From Roseibacillus sp. (GTDB lineage: Bacteria; Verrucomicrobiota; Verrucomicrobiia; Verrucomicrobiales; Akkermansiaceae), in the NCBI GenBank assembly GCA_051251855.1, contig JBPOGI010000001.1, forward strand, positions 1,792,001-1,856,000: a stretch of DNA of 64,000 nucleotides. Direction: 5' to 3'. Shown piece after piece: positions 40,415-50,422 of the stretch. The position numbers and the translations under genes were made by a program. How positions within the stretch are numbered: position 1 is the stretch's first letter; every line of letters begins with the position of its first letter. Under the pieces are notes generated by a model that searched no databases, was not told the DNA's origin, and saw nothing but the letters and a program-made list of their open reading frames with translations.

Positions 40415-41074
40415 GTGAGTTCTCCTCCCCTTGACGTCCTTTATGAGGACGAATGGATCATCGCGATCAACAAGGAAGCAGGACACCTCGTTCACGCCGC
40501 CGACCACCCCCAACCCGATGACATCGTCGTCATGAAGTTGGTGCGAGATCTCGTTGGCCTCAAAATCTACCCCACCCACCGCCTCGACCGCCCTACCTGC
40601 GGTGTGGTAGTCTTCGCAAAGGGCCGAACAGCCGCCCGCGCCCTCAATCGATCCTTTGAGCGCAAGCAGGTCAAGAAAGCCTATCTCGCCATCGTCGTTG
40701 GCCACCCAAAATTAGATTCATGGACTTGTTCAGAACCTCTTCGCAAAGGAGAGGACGCCCCGCTCAAAGAAGCCTCCACTCGGTTCCTAGTCCTTCAACT
40801 CCTTTCTAACAACCTTACTCTCTTGGAAGCGCACCCACTCACCGGTCGCTATCATCAAATCCGCAAACACCTCCTCCATTGCGGGCATCCCATCGTCGGG
40901 GACTACTTCTACCACGGCTTCGAACCCTGTGAAGCCATGGGACCACAGCTAGGAATCGGCACCCGCATGCTGCTTCAATGCCATCGCCTCCAATTCGCGC
41001 ACCCCATCACCAAAGAAGAAACCGTGATCACCGCGCAAACGGAAAGTCATATCGCTCGACTTAGCCAAAGCTAA
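40415..41074 (+). CDS. RluA/TruC family pseudouridine synthase
   Basis: HRLDRPTCG, TGRYHQIR, GHPIVGD. Confidence 0.92.
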   Translation: MSSPPLDVLYEDEWIIAINKEAGHLVHAADHPQPDDIVVMKLVRDLVGLKIYPTHRLDRPTCGVVVFAKGRTAARALNRSFERKQVKKAYLAIVVGHPKLDSWTCSEPLRKGEDAPLKEASTRFLVLQLLSNNLTLLEAHPLTGRYHQIRKHLLHCGHPIVGDYFYHGFEPCEAMGPQLGIGTRMLLQCHRLQFAHPITKEETVITAQTESHIARLSQS

Positions 41075-41320
41075 AAAAACTCATCACCAGCGCTCCAACT
41101 GCCCATCCAAAAAACAAGACTCCCGGACCACCAAGAGAGCTGCAGGCCATACGCTCAAAGACTTACTGACACCCTCCCCCTCCAATTCAAGCTCAGCACT
41201 TACGAATATTTCTTCAAAAACTTAAGACTTATTAAGTAACTTTTTCCAAAAAGAACGCACTTCCCGCTTGGTGAAAAGGCAGTCCTCTCATTTCTTTGTA
41301 GAAAGCTTTCTGCCTGCCCA

Positions 41321-42304
41321 ATGAGTCTTCGCCAACAACTGTCCGACAACCTTCCCGAAATCCTCCCCGCTGATCCAGCTCAAGCCATCAAAGGAACGGA
41401 ACTCATTCGCCTCGTTCGCATGCGACTCGAGGGAGACTACTCCGACGCTTCCCTGCGATATCACTTCTCGATCATGTCCTGTGATCCAGCCTCCCCCATC
41501 GCTAAGGTAGAAAAAGGCCAAGGCTACTATCGCCGCGCCCCCGCGGTTCCCGACCTCGTGAAGGCACGCGAAATGATGTCTCAAGGTCAACTCGACGAAG
41601 TCGGTGCCGACCCTCGCGCCCTCGACTACGCTGTCGCTCGCATCCAAAAGTTCCGCGCCATCGTCACCCGCTACTCCGAGACCAACAACCGCTTCCCCTA
41701 TCAGTTCCGCGCATCTCTTGGCAAAGGAGCTCCTATCGGTAATCTTTGGAAAATCCCCGATATGGTCATCGTCGACTGGGAATCAGGTGAACCCGACGAC
41801 ACCGGCTTCGACCTCGACCGCACCAACATCATGCTGCGTCGCTCTGTCGGACTCGCCCCCTACCGTCTCGACGCCGTCTCTCTCAAACTCGCTCCTAACC
41901 TCGAACTTTGTCGCGAAGACTTCTTCCAAGCTTTAGCCGTTTCTTCTTGGTGCAACTCAGGCGAACTCTTTTACGCCAACCCTATCCCTGACGAAGCTCT
42001 TGCCGAGGCCCTCCGTCACCTCGCGGGCCGCTACGGAGTCGGCATCACCACTTTCGGCCTTTCCCTCCAAGCTCTCGACGAGCTTCCCCCTGCCGAGCAC
42101 ATTCTTAACGCGCAACCACGCGAGACCGAAGCTCTCATGGAGCGCCTCGACGTTCGTCGCATCGCCGCTTCCAAGCGCCGCGATCACCTCGACTGGTCTT
42201 CCCTCCAGAACCTCCGCATGGAGAACCCCGAGGTGCACGAACTCTTCGTTTGGGTCGCCAAATCACTCGACGCTAATCGCGTGGAACCGCAGAGCTACGA
42301 ATAG
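41321..42304 (+). CDS. COG2958/HrgA-like protein (N-terminal HTH-like region plus PD-(D/E)xK-like domain)
   Basis: NLWKIPDMV...SLKL...REDFFQALAVSSWCN...YGVG resembles the remembered HrgA pattern W.HPD...EVK...RE.FFQAVSNSSWAN. Confidence 0.6.
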   Translation: MSLRQQLSDNLPEILPADPAQAIKGTELIRLVRMRLEGDYSDASLRYHFSIMSCDPASPIAKVEKGQGYYRRAPAVPDLVKAREMMSQGQLDEVGADPRALDYAVARIQKFRAIVTRYSETNNRFPYQFRASLGKGAPIGNLWKIPDMVIVDWESGEPDDTGFDLDRTNIMLRRSVGLAPYRLDAVSLKLAPNLELCREDFFQALAVSSWCNSGELFYANPIPDEALAEALRHLAGRYGVGITTFGLSLQALDELPPAEHILNAQPRETEALMERLDVRRIAASKRRDHLDWSSLQNLRMENPEVHELFVWVAKSLDANRVEPQSYE

Positions 42305-42315
42305 CGCATCGCGCC

Positions 42316-43080
42316 ATGAACCGCCGCCACCTGCTCGCCGCAAGCACCCTCGCTTCCGCATCCTACTGCCTAGGACGCACCACCAAAGAGCCCTCCACCA
42401 AAAAGGGTTGGTGCGGTGGAAACGCCGAATATCGCAAGCTCTTTGGCGCCCACTGGCACTACAACTGGACCCTCGGAGGACCGAATCAAGACGCCAGCTT
42501 TGTCCCCATGCTCAAGGGTAAAGCACAGACCAACAACGGCGCCCTCAAACGCCTCGACTCCTACCCCAACCTCCCTCACCTCCTAGGCTACAACGAACCA
42601 GAGCGCACCAAACAAGGAAACCTCACAGTAAAGGAAGCCCTCGCCTTTTGGCCCAAGCTCCAAGCCCTTGCCGAGAAGAAAGGGGCTCGCCTCGGCTCCC
42701 CCGCCCCCTCCTCAGATGCCGGCGGCTTAAAGTGGCTCGATGACTTCATGACCGCGGCCAAGCGCCAAAAACTCAAAGTGGACTTCATCGCCATCCATTA
42801 CTACGGCGGAACCGATCCCGAGCGCTTGGAAAAGCTCATCGATGATACCGCCAAAGAATACCGCCTCCCCATCTGGCTCACCGAATTCAATGGTTGGTCT
42901 GGCACGCATGATGAACACGAAGACTTTCTCAAAGACGCGCTACGTTTTCTCGAACGAGAGCGCAAAGTCGAACGCTACGCCTATTTCAACCCCGGCAAAG
43001 GCAAGCCCCACTCTCTCCTCAACAACGACGGCTCCCTCACCTCCTTGGGCGAACTCTACCGTGACGCGGGAACCAGATAG
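42316..43080 (+). CDS. GH128-like glycoside hydrolase (putative beta-1,3-glucanase)
   Basis: LLGYNEPE, DFIAIHYY, PIWLTEF, VERYAYF; twin-arginine-like leader MNRRHLL. Confidence 0.8.
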   Translation: MNRRHLLAASTLASASYCLGRTTKEPSTKKGWCGGNAEYRKLFGAHWHYNWTLGGPNQDASFVPMLKGKAQTNNGALKRLDSYPNLPHLLGYNEPERTKQGNLTVKEALAFWPKLQALAEKKGARLGSPAPSSDAGGLKWLDDFMTAAKRQKLKVDFIAIHYYGGTDPERLEKLIDDTAKEYRLPIWLTEFNGWSGTHDEHEDFLKDALRFLERERKVERYAYFNPGKGKPHSLLNNDGSLTSLGELYRDAGTR

Positions 43081-43155
43081 AACCGCGAAAATTTTTGCCA
43101 CTTTCCTCCGTGACAAGACGTAACCATCCCACGGGTTAACACCTCCTTTGAACTT

Positions 43156-44814
43156 ATGAGCTACACCATCGGAATCGACTACGGAACCAACTCAGTCCGC
43201 GCCATCGTGGTCCGCACTTCAGACGGAGCCGAGATCGGCACCGCTATCTTCGACTATCCTAGCGGCCATCAAGGCATTTTACTCGATCCCGCAGAACACA
43301 ATCTCGCCCGCCAACACCCTGGCGACTATCTCGCCGGAGTTGAAAAAACGGTCGCCGAAGCCCTCACCGACGCCGAAGGCAACGACCCTCAGTTCTCCCG
43401 CGCCAAAGTCATCGGACTAGGCGTCGACTCCACCGGCTCCAGCCCCATTCCCGTTGATAAAGACAACACTCCCCTCGCCCTCAAACCCGAGTTTAAAGAC
43501 AACCTCGCTGCCCAGTGCTGGCTCTGGAAAGACCACACCTCCATCGTCGAAGCCGAGAGAATCACCATGCTCGCTCTCGAGCATCGTCCCCAATATCTTG
43601 CCAAAATTGGCGGCATCTATTCCTCCGAATGGTTTTGGGCCAAGATTTGGAAATGCCTCAAAGTCGATCCCACCGTATTCGATGCCGCCCACAGCTGGGT
43701 CGAGCTCTGCGACTTCATCCCCGCCACCCTCGCAGGCATCACCGATCCCACCAAAGTGATTCGTGGCGTCTGCGCCGCTGGTCACAAGGCCCTCTACGCT
43801 CCCGACTGGAAGGGACTTCCTGACAAAGAATTCCTCACCCTCCTCGACCCCAAGCTCGCCGACCTCCGCGACCGCCTCTACGAACAAGCCCATGACGCCA
43901 GCGCCACCGCAGGTCATCTTTCCGCAGATTGGGCCGCCAAGTGGAACCTCCCCGCAGGCATCCCCATCGCCGTCGGCGAATTCGACGTTCACTACGGAGC
44001 CATCGGATGCGGAGTGGAAGAAGGCACCCTCGTCAAGGTCATCGGCACCTCTACCTGCGACTGCGGTGTCGTCTCCGCCGAACAAAAGGTCGCCGATATC
44101 CCAGGCATCTGCGGCATCGTCAAAGGAGCCATTCTTCCCGGTTACTACGGCATCGAAGCCGGCCAATCCGCTGTCGGCGACATCTTCAAATGGTGGGTCG
44201 AAGGCGTCTGCAAAGGCGACGACTCCCTCCACAAATCGCTTACTGAAGAAGCCTCCGCCCTCGCCCCCGGCCAAAGCGGGCTCCTTGCTCTCGACTGGAA
44301 CAACGGCAACCGCACCATCCTCGTCGACCAACGCCTCACCGGCGCGCTCCTCGGACAAACTCTTTACACCACCCAAGCCGAAATCTATCGAGCACTCATC
44401 GAAGCCACCGCTTTCGGAGCCCGCGCCATCATCGAGCGCCTCAGGGAACACAACGTCCCCATCAACCGAATCGTGTGTTCGGGTGGCATCGCCGAGAAGA
44501 ACTCCATGCTCATGCAAATCTACGCCGACGTCACCGGCTGCGAAATGCGCGTCTCCCGCTCAGCACAAAGCTGCGCCCTTGGCTCAGCCATCGCAGCGTC
44601 CGTCATCGCAGGCGCTCACCCCGACTTCGACGCCGCCAAGGATGCCATGACCGGACTCAAGGAATGCACCTACACCCCCGACCCTGAGAACCAAGAGAAA
44701 TACAACCGCCTGTACTCCCTCTACCGCCAACTCCACGACGCTTTCGGAGGAGTCACCGACGACGCTAATTTAGGCCACCTCATGAAAGACCTCCTCGCCC
44801 TCAAAAGCGCCTAA
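43156..44814 (+). CDS. araB: Ribulokinase
   Basis: GIDYGTNSVRA, LWKDHT, YSSEWFWAK, EAGQSAVGD, LDWNNGNRT. Confidence 0.95.
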   Translation: MSYTIGIDYGTNSVRAIVVRTSDGAEIGTAIFDYPSGHQGILLDPAEHNLARQHPGDYLAGVEKTVAEALTDAEGNDPQFSRAKVIGLGVDSTGSSPIPVDKDNTPLALKPEFKDNLAAQCWLWKDHTSIVEAERITMLALEHRPQYLAKIGGIYSSEWFWAKIWKCLKVDPTVFDAAHSWVELCDFIPATLAGITDPTKVIRGVCAAGHKALYAPDWKGLPDKEFLTLLDPKLADLRDRLYEQAHDASATAGHLSADWAAKWNLPAGIPIAVGEFDVHYGAIGCGVEEGTLVKVIGTSTCDCGVVSAEQKVADIPGICGIVKGAILPGYYGIEAGQSAVGDIFKWWVEGVCKGDDSLHKSLTEEASALAPGQSGLLALDWNNGNRTILVDQRLTGALLGQTLYTTQAEIYRALIEATAFGARAIIERLREHNVPINRIVCSGGIAEKNSMLMQIYADVTGCEMRVSRSAQSCALGSAIAASVIAGAHPDFDAAKDAMTGLKECTYTPDPENQEKYNRLYSLYRQLHDAFGGVTDDANLGHLMKDLLALKSA

Positions 44815-44837
44815 CGAGACAAAACGCATAAAAAATC

Positions 44838-45539
44838 ATGAGCGACTACCAAGCCATCAAAGAAGAATGCTGTGAGGCCAACATCCAGCTTCCAAAAACC
44901 GGTCTCGTCGATATCACCTTCGGCAATGTCAGCGTTGCCGACCCCGAGCGTAAAGTATTCGCCATCAAACCGAGCGGCGTCGATTACGACGACCTCACCC
45001 CCGCTCACATGGTCGTATTGGACTTCGAGGGAAACATCCTCGAAGGCAACCTCCGCCCCTCCTCCGACACCCCCACCCACCGTTGCCTTTTCCTCAACTT
45101 CGCAGGCATTCGCTCCGTGGTGCACACCCACTCACGAACCGCAGTCTCCTTTGCCCAAGCCGCCAAAGATATCCCCTGCATGGGCACAACTCACGCCGAC
45201 TACTTTTACGGCGATGTCCCAGCCAGTCGCGACATGACTGCCGAAGAAATCGCCGCTGGCTACGAATGGGAAACCGGCGAAGTCATTGTCAAAACCTTCG
45301 CCGAGCGCAATATCGACCCTCTCCAAATCCCCGCCGTCCTCGTCCGCAACCACGGCCCCTTCGCTTGGGGTCCCAGCGGAGCCAAAGCCGTTGAAACTGC
45401 TCTTGCCCTCGAAGTCGTGGCCGAAATGGCGCTCAAAGCATTGCAGCTTAACCCCCAAGCGCCGCGCATCGCCCAACACCTGCTCGACAAGCACTACCTT
45501 CGCAAGCACGGTGCCAACGCCTACTACGGGCAAAAGTAG
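44838..45539 (+). CDS. araD: L-ribulose-5-phosphate 4-epimerase
   Basis: TFGNVS, IKPSGV, PSSDTPTH, GTTHADYF, KHYLRKHGANAYYGQ. Confidence 0.96.
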   Translation: MSDYQAIKEECCEANIQLPKTGLVDITFGNVSVADPERKVFAIKPSGVDYDDLTPAHMVVLDFEGNILEGNLRPSSDTPTHRCLFLNFAGIRSVVHTHSRTAVSFAQAAKDIPCMGTTHADYFYGDVPASRDMTAEEIAAGYEWETGEVIVKTFAERNIDPLQIPAVLVRNHGPFAWGPSGAKAVETALALEVVAEMALKALQLNPQAPRIAQHLLDKHYLRKHGANAYYGQK

Positions 45540-45594
45540 AAAAAAACGGGCATTCTCATCGGCATTAAATGTGCTTACAATAGCCGTAAGCACA

Positions 45595-46896
45595 ATGGCT
45601 GACGCTGAATTCACCGACACCCTCCTACTTGTCGACTCCGACATTGATTTTCTCGACTGGGCAACCAAACACTTGGAAGCCCCAGACTTGCGCATCCTAC
45701 GTTGCGATAGCTCAGAGAAGGCCCTCAAGGTCCTCGCAAGCACCCAAGTCGACCTTGTCCTCGCCGACCTCCTCACCAAGCCCATTGACGGCCTCGAGCT
45801 CCTCACCAAAATTCGAGCCCATGATGCGGGTATCGTCACCATCCTCTTAGCAGGCTTCCCTTCCACCTCCCAAATCATCGAAGCCACCCGACTCGGTGCT
45901 CGCGACGTCCTGCGCAAAGAGTCCCTCAACTTCGAGCTTCGCCTCGTCGTCGAAAGCGCCTTTCAAATCATCGGCAACCGCCGCACCGCCGATCAACCCA
46001 AACAAAAACTCCCTGCCGCCGACGCCCGCATCAAGATGATCGGACAGTCACGTATCATCCAGGAAACCTTCAAGCTCGTCGGCCGCGTCGCCCCCTCCGA
46101 CGCTCCTGTCCTTGTCACTGGAGAATCCGGCACCGGTAAAGAACTCGTCGCCGAAGCCGTGCATGAATACTCCCCCCGTCGCAAGAACGACTTCATCGCG
46201 ATCAACTGCGGAGCCATTCCCGAAAACCTCCTCGAGTCAGAACTCTTCGGCCACGAGAAGGGTTCCTTTACTGGAGCCATGGCTCGACGCGCCGGCCGAT
46301 TCGAACAATGCGATGGAGGCTCTCTCTTTCTCGACGAAATCGGAGACATGCCCCAATCCGTTCAGGTCAAACTTCTCCGCGTCCTCCAAGACGGAACCTT
46401 TGCCCGCGTAGGCTCTAACGAGACTCTCAAATCTGATGTTCGCATCGTTGCAGCCACTAACAAGGACCTCGCCGAAGAAGTCGCCAAAGGCACCTTCCGC
46501 GAAGACCTTTACTATCGACTCAACGTCGTCGAAATTCATCTCCCTCCGCTACGCGAACGACGGGAAGACATTCCTCTCCTCGCCGAATTCTTCTTGCAGC
46601 GTCTCGCGAGAAAATACGGGCTCGCAAAAATCAAGCTCTCCGGCGAAGCCATCGACACCCTGCAAACACATCGCTGGACGGGCAACGTGCGCGAACTCGA
46701 GAACACCATGGCCCGCGCCTGCGCCCTCGCCGAGTCATCCCTTCTTCTCGCCGACGATATTCCCTTCGCCCGCTCCCCCTGGTCTCAGGAAAATCGCATC
46801 AAAGCTTCGTTCAAAGGACTTCTCGCCCTTAAGCCCAATAAGGAAAAGAACCCCAAAGATTGGCTCCTCAAACTCCTCGCCGAGAGTGATGACTAA
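45595..46896 (+). CDS. Sigma-54-dependent response regulator (receiver plus AAA+), no evident C-terminal HTH
   Basis: GESGTGKE, ESELFGHEKGSFTGA, LFLDEIG, WTGNVRELEN; start ATG 45595. Confidence 0.9.
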   Translation: MADAEFTDTLLLVDSDIDFLDWATKHLEAPDLRILRCDSSEKALKVLASTQVDLVLADLLTKPIDGLELLTKIRAHDAGIVTILLAGFPSTSQIIEATRLGARDVLRKESLNFELRLVVESAFQIIGNRRTADQPKQKLPAADARIKMIGQSRIIQETFKLVGRVAPSDAPVLVTGESGTGKELVAEAVHEYSPRRKNDFIAINCGAIPENLLESELFGHEKGSFTGAMARRAGRFEQCDGGSLFLDEIGDMPQSVQVKLLRVLQDGTFARVGSNETLKSDVRIVAATNKDLAEEVAKGTFREDLYYRLNVVEIHLPPLRERREDIPLLAEFFLQRLARKYGLAKIKLSGEAIDTLQTHRWTGNVRELENTMARACALAESSLLLADDIPFARSPWSQENRIKASFKGLLALKPNKEKNPKDWLLKLLAESDD

Positions 46897-46993
46897 GCTA
46901 AAGAAGCGATTAAACGGTTCATCATGGACTAGGTCCTCGGACTCTGGCTCCTCTCTCAAGCAGCGTTACGGAACGAGAATTAGCCTTATTGGA

Positions 46994-47191
46994 CTAGCTC
47001 CCTCCCGCGTTCGTGCCCTCCTCGCCTTTAAACACGGCGAGACTTCCATCATTCTCAAAAGCTCCATTTTCTAGCGATTCGAAGCCAGAACTGTCCTTGG
47101 GTTCGATCTCCCTCTTCTTATAGGTAGAAATTGCCCAAATAAGTAACGAAAGAAAGCAGCCCCCGATCAGAGCCCCCCCAACTTTCATCAT
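46994..47191 (-). CDS. Small hypothetical membrane protein
   Basis: 65 aa with one N-terminal TM segment, in an intergenic gap. Confidence 0.35.
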   Translation of the reverse strand: MMKVGGALIGGCFLSLLIWAISTYKKREIEPKDSSGFESLENGAFENDGSLAVFKGEEGTNAGGS

Positions 47192-47344
47192 AGTGAGGAT
47201 AGAGATGATTCACTTCCCATATCCGAACAAGGTCAAAGCCCATGGCAAAAAACACCTTTAACTCCGTGAGTTAGCTGACCCGAGACCCATTTAAAGCCTT
47301 CCCATGGACTTGCCAGCCTTCAATTTCGATTTACTGTCTCTTAC

Positions 47345-48841
47345 ATGACGAAACGAATCGCGCTGATTGGCCTGCTGAGCCTTTCTCCTCTCTGGGCCCA
47401 ATTGGCTCCTCCCGCTGATCCTGCGACCGCCGCCCCACCCAAGCCTGCTCAAGCTGCCACTCTCTTCGATTCCGTCTTTCGTATCGAGGTCGCCACCCAG
47501 AATCCCGATTACCGCACCCCTTGGAATGCCGGCGGATTCTCAGGCGGCAACGGAACGGGCTTTCTCATCGGCCCCAATCAAATCCTCACCAACGCCCACG
47601 TCGTTTCCAACGCTCGCCGCATCCTCGTGACCCAGCGCAATTCGGCCCGCAAGCTCCCCGCAAGCATCCAACACATCGCGCACGACTGCGACCTCGCGCT
47701 CATTAGCCTCGACGACCCAGCACCGCTCGAAGGCCTCATCCATCTCCCCATTGGCGGCATGCCCGAGCTCGACTCCGAAGTCCGCGCCATTGGCTACCCT
47801 GTTGGCGGCGACCGACTCTCGGTCACCCGAGGTATCGTCTCTCGTATTGATTTCCGGCCCTACTCTCACTCGCGTGCTGACTCCCACCTCATTATTCAAG
47901 TCGATGCTGCTATCAATCCTGGTAACTCCGGCGGCCCAGCCATCCAAGGAGACAAAGTGATCGGCGTTGCCTTCCAAGGCCTCACCCAAGCCGACAACAC
48001 CGGCTACATCATCCCCACTCCCGTCATCAATCGCTTCCTCACCGATATCAAGGACGGGAACTATGACAAATATATGGACATCGGCCTAGGCACCTTCCCT
48101 CTCTTTAACCCTGCCATGCGCAAAGCCCTCGGTCTCCCCGACGACGATAGTGGCGTTCTCGTTTCCAACATTATCCCCGAGGGTCCTTCTGACGGATTTA
48201 TCCAAGAACAAGACATCCTTCTCGCCATTGACGGCAATCCAATCGACTCCGCAGGCAACATTATTGTCGATGGAGAAACCCTCATCCTTCACGAGATCGT
48301 CGAGCGCAAGTTTGCTGACGACACTGTGACTCTCGATTTCCTCCGCGACGGAAGTAAGCAAACCGCCGAAATCATCCTCAAACCCCTCCCCGGCGCGCCT
48401 ATCTTCACCATTCTCTACGGCGAGCGACCCGAGTATATCTTCTACGGAGGACTTGTGATTCAACCACTGACTCTCAACTCTATGTCCGCTCACCGTCTCA
48501 GTGACGTCACCACCCGCTACCTCACAACCAACTACCTCAATAAGGCCATTTTTAAGGAGCGCCCAGAGATTCTTATCCTCACCCGTGTGGAAAGCGACGA
48601 AGTGACCGCCAACATGGAAGGCTTCGCTGGAGCCATCATCAACACCATCAACGGCGAAAAGGTGAAGGACCTCAAGCATGCGTATCAATTGCTCTACGAA
48701 AGTGCACAACCCAACTTTACGGTGTTAGAATTTGAAGATCGCGGCCGACCTCTTGCCCTCCCGAGTGCGAAGGTCGAAGCTATCAATCAGCGTCTCATGC
48801 AGACCAACAACATCCCAACCACTCACTACCTCGGCGAGTAA
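47345..48841 (+). CDS. Trypsin-like serine protease with PDZ domains (Deg2/DegP-like)
   Basis: Intact triad LTNAHVV, CDLAL, INPGNSGGP; signal peptide. Confidence 0.92.
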   Translation: MTKRIALIGLLSLSPLWAQLAPPADPATAAPPKPAQAATLFDSVFRIEVATQNPDYRTPWNAGGFSGGNGTGFLIGPNQILTNAHVVSNARRILVTQRNSARKLPASIQHIAHDCDLALISLDDPAPLEGLIHLPIGGMPELDSEVRAIGYPVGGDRLSVTRGIVSRIDFRPYSHSRADSHLIIQVDAAINPGNSGGPAIQGDKVIGVAFQGLTQADNTGYIIPTPVINRFLTDIKDGNYDKYMDIGLGTFPLFNPAMRKALGLPDDDSGVLVSNIIPEGPSDGFIQEQDILLAIDGNPIDSAGNIIVDGETLILHEIVERKFADDTVTLDFLRDGSKQTAEIILKPLPGAPIFTILYGERPEYIFYGGLVIQPLTLNSMSAHRLSDVTTRYLTTNYLNKAIFKERPEILILTRVESDEVTANMEGFAGAIINTINGEKVKDLKHAYQLLYESAQPNFTVLEFEDRGRPLALPSAKVEAINQRLMQTNNIPTTHYLGE

Positions 48842-48859
48842 TCCCAACCCTTTTTTCCG

Positions 48860-50422
48860 ATGAAATTTCTTTCTCAAACCATCTTCGTCTCAGCGGTTCT
48901 CACCAGCTCTCTCTTCGCAGACAGCCCAGAAGAACATGCCGAAGCCATTCTCGCGCCCAAGACCACAGTTACAACCGAGCTTGTGGGTGCAGCCAAAAGC
49001 GAAATCCTCGACAGTTTCGTGCGCGTCAACGCCACGATCCAAACCTTCAACGCGGGCCAACCTTGGCAGCGCAATAGCCCCCAACGTCGCAGCGGTCTCG
49101 GCACCTTGATTTCGCGCACCGAGATCCTCACCACCGCGGAAATGGTCGCCAATCAAACCTATCTCGAACTCGAGTCTGCTGACTCCTCACAAAGCGTGCA
49201 GGCCCAAGTCATCGCCATCGACTACAAAGCTAACCTTGCCCTCCTTTCCCCAGTCGGCGACCCCGGCTTCCTTGCCCAAAAGACTCCTCTCGCACTGGGG
49301 TCGCCCGCCAGTATCGGTGACGATCTCCTCGTTTGGCAATTTGAGAACAATGGCACCACCCTCAGGACCGATGCCACCATTCGTGCAGTCGACACCTCTG
49401 CCACCTTCCTTTCCGGCTACTCCTTTCTCAGCTACATCGCTAAGGGCTCCATGCAATCGGCCTCCTCATCCTTCACCCTCCCCGCCACCCGCAATGGTAA
49501 ACTCCTCGGTGTTCTCACCTCCTACGATTCTGACGATCAAATATCAGAAATCATCGCTCCGGAAATCGTAGCCACATTCCTCAAGGACGCTCGCGACGGA
49601 ACCTACGAAGGCTTCCCCTCACTCGGTTGCGCCATCCAACGCACCGAGGATAAATCCTTCCGAGAATTCCTAGACCTCTCGCCAGACGGAGGTGGCCTCT
49701 ACATCTCTAAAGTCAAAGAAGGCTCACCCGCCGATCAAGCAGGTATGAAAGAAGGTGACGTTCTCCTCGCAGTCGACGGAAGCGACCTCGACCGCCGAGG
49801 TTTCTTCCAACATCCTCGCTATGGTCCTCTTCCTTGGACCGTCCTCATTCGTAGCGATAAAACGGTGGGAGACACCCTTCTTATAAGCATCTTGCGCGAT
49901 GGCGAACCTCAAGAACTAACCGCTACCCTTGCCGCACCCGAGCCTCCCCTCGTCCCGCGTCACATCAACGACTCTCCTCCCCCGTTTCTCATCAAAGGCG
50001 GCATGGTCTTTCAAGAGCTCTCACGTGAATACCTACAAGCCTATGGCGACAAGTGGACCACCCGCGCCCCTCTCGCCCTCATGTATGCCATGGAGAATTC
50101 CGATAAATATGAGGAGGACCGCGACAGCATCGTCTTCCTCGCCCGCGTGCTTCCCAACCCAGCCACGATTGGCTACGACCGCTTGTCAGCAATCATCGTA
50201 AATGGTGCCAACGGAACCCCGGTAAGAAATATCAGCGAGCTCGCAACCGCCCTTTCCAAGACTCCCGAAAACGGCATCCACACCATCGAGCTCGACGACG
50301 CCCCCAGCACCCTCTACCTCGATGCCACCGTCTCCGACGAAGTCGATCAGCAATTCCTCCAGCAAGGCTTGCCCATGCTTTCCCGCCTGCCTGAAGCCGA
50401 GACCAAAACTGACAATGAGTAA
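48860..50422 (+). CDS. Catalytically degenerate Deg-like protease paralog with PDZ domains
   Basis: Collinear with the upstream protease, but the triad motifs read LTTAEMV, ANLAL and SASSSFTLP. Confidence 0.8.
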   Translation: MKFLSQTIFVSAVLTSSLFADSPEEHAEAILAPKTTVTTELVGAAKSEILDSFVRVNATIQTFNAGQPWQRNSPQRRSGLGTLISRTEILTTAEMVANQTYLELESADSSQSVQAQVIAIDYKANLALLSPVGDPGFLAQKTPLALGSPASIGDDLLVWQFENNGTTLRTDATIRAVDTSATFLSGYSFLSYIAKGSMQSASSSFTLPATRNGKLLGVLTSYDSDDQISEIIAPEIVATFLKDARDGTYEGFPSLGCAIQRTEDKSFREFLDLSPDGGGLYISKVKEGSPADQAGMKEGDVLLAVDGSDLDRRGFFQHPRYGPLPWTVLIRSDKTVGDTLLISILRDGEPQELTATLAAPEPPLVPRHINDSPPPFLIKGGMVFQELSREYLQAYGDKWTTRAPLALMYAMENSDKYEEDRDSIVFLARVLPNPATIGYDRLSAIIVNGANGTPVRNISELATALSKTPENGIHTIELDDAPSTLYLDATVSDEVDQQFLQQGLPMLSRLPEAETKTDNE

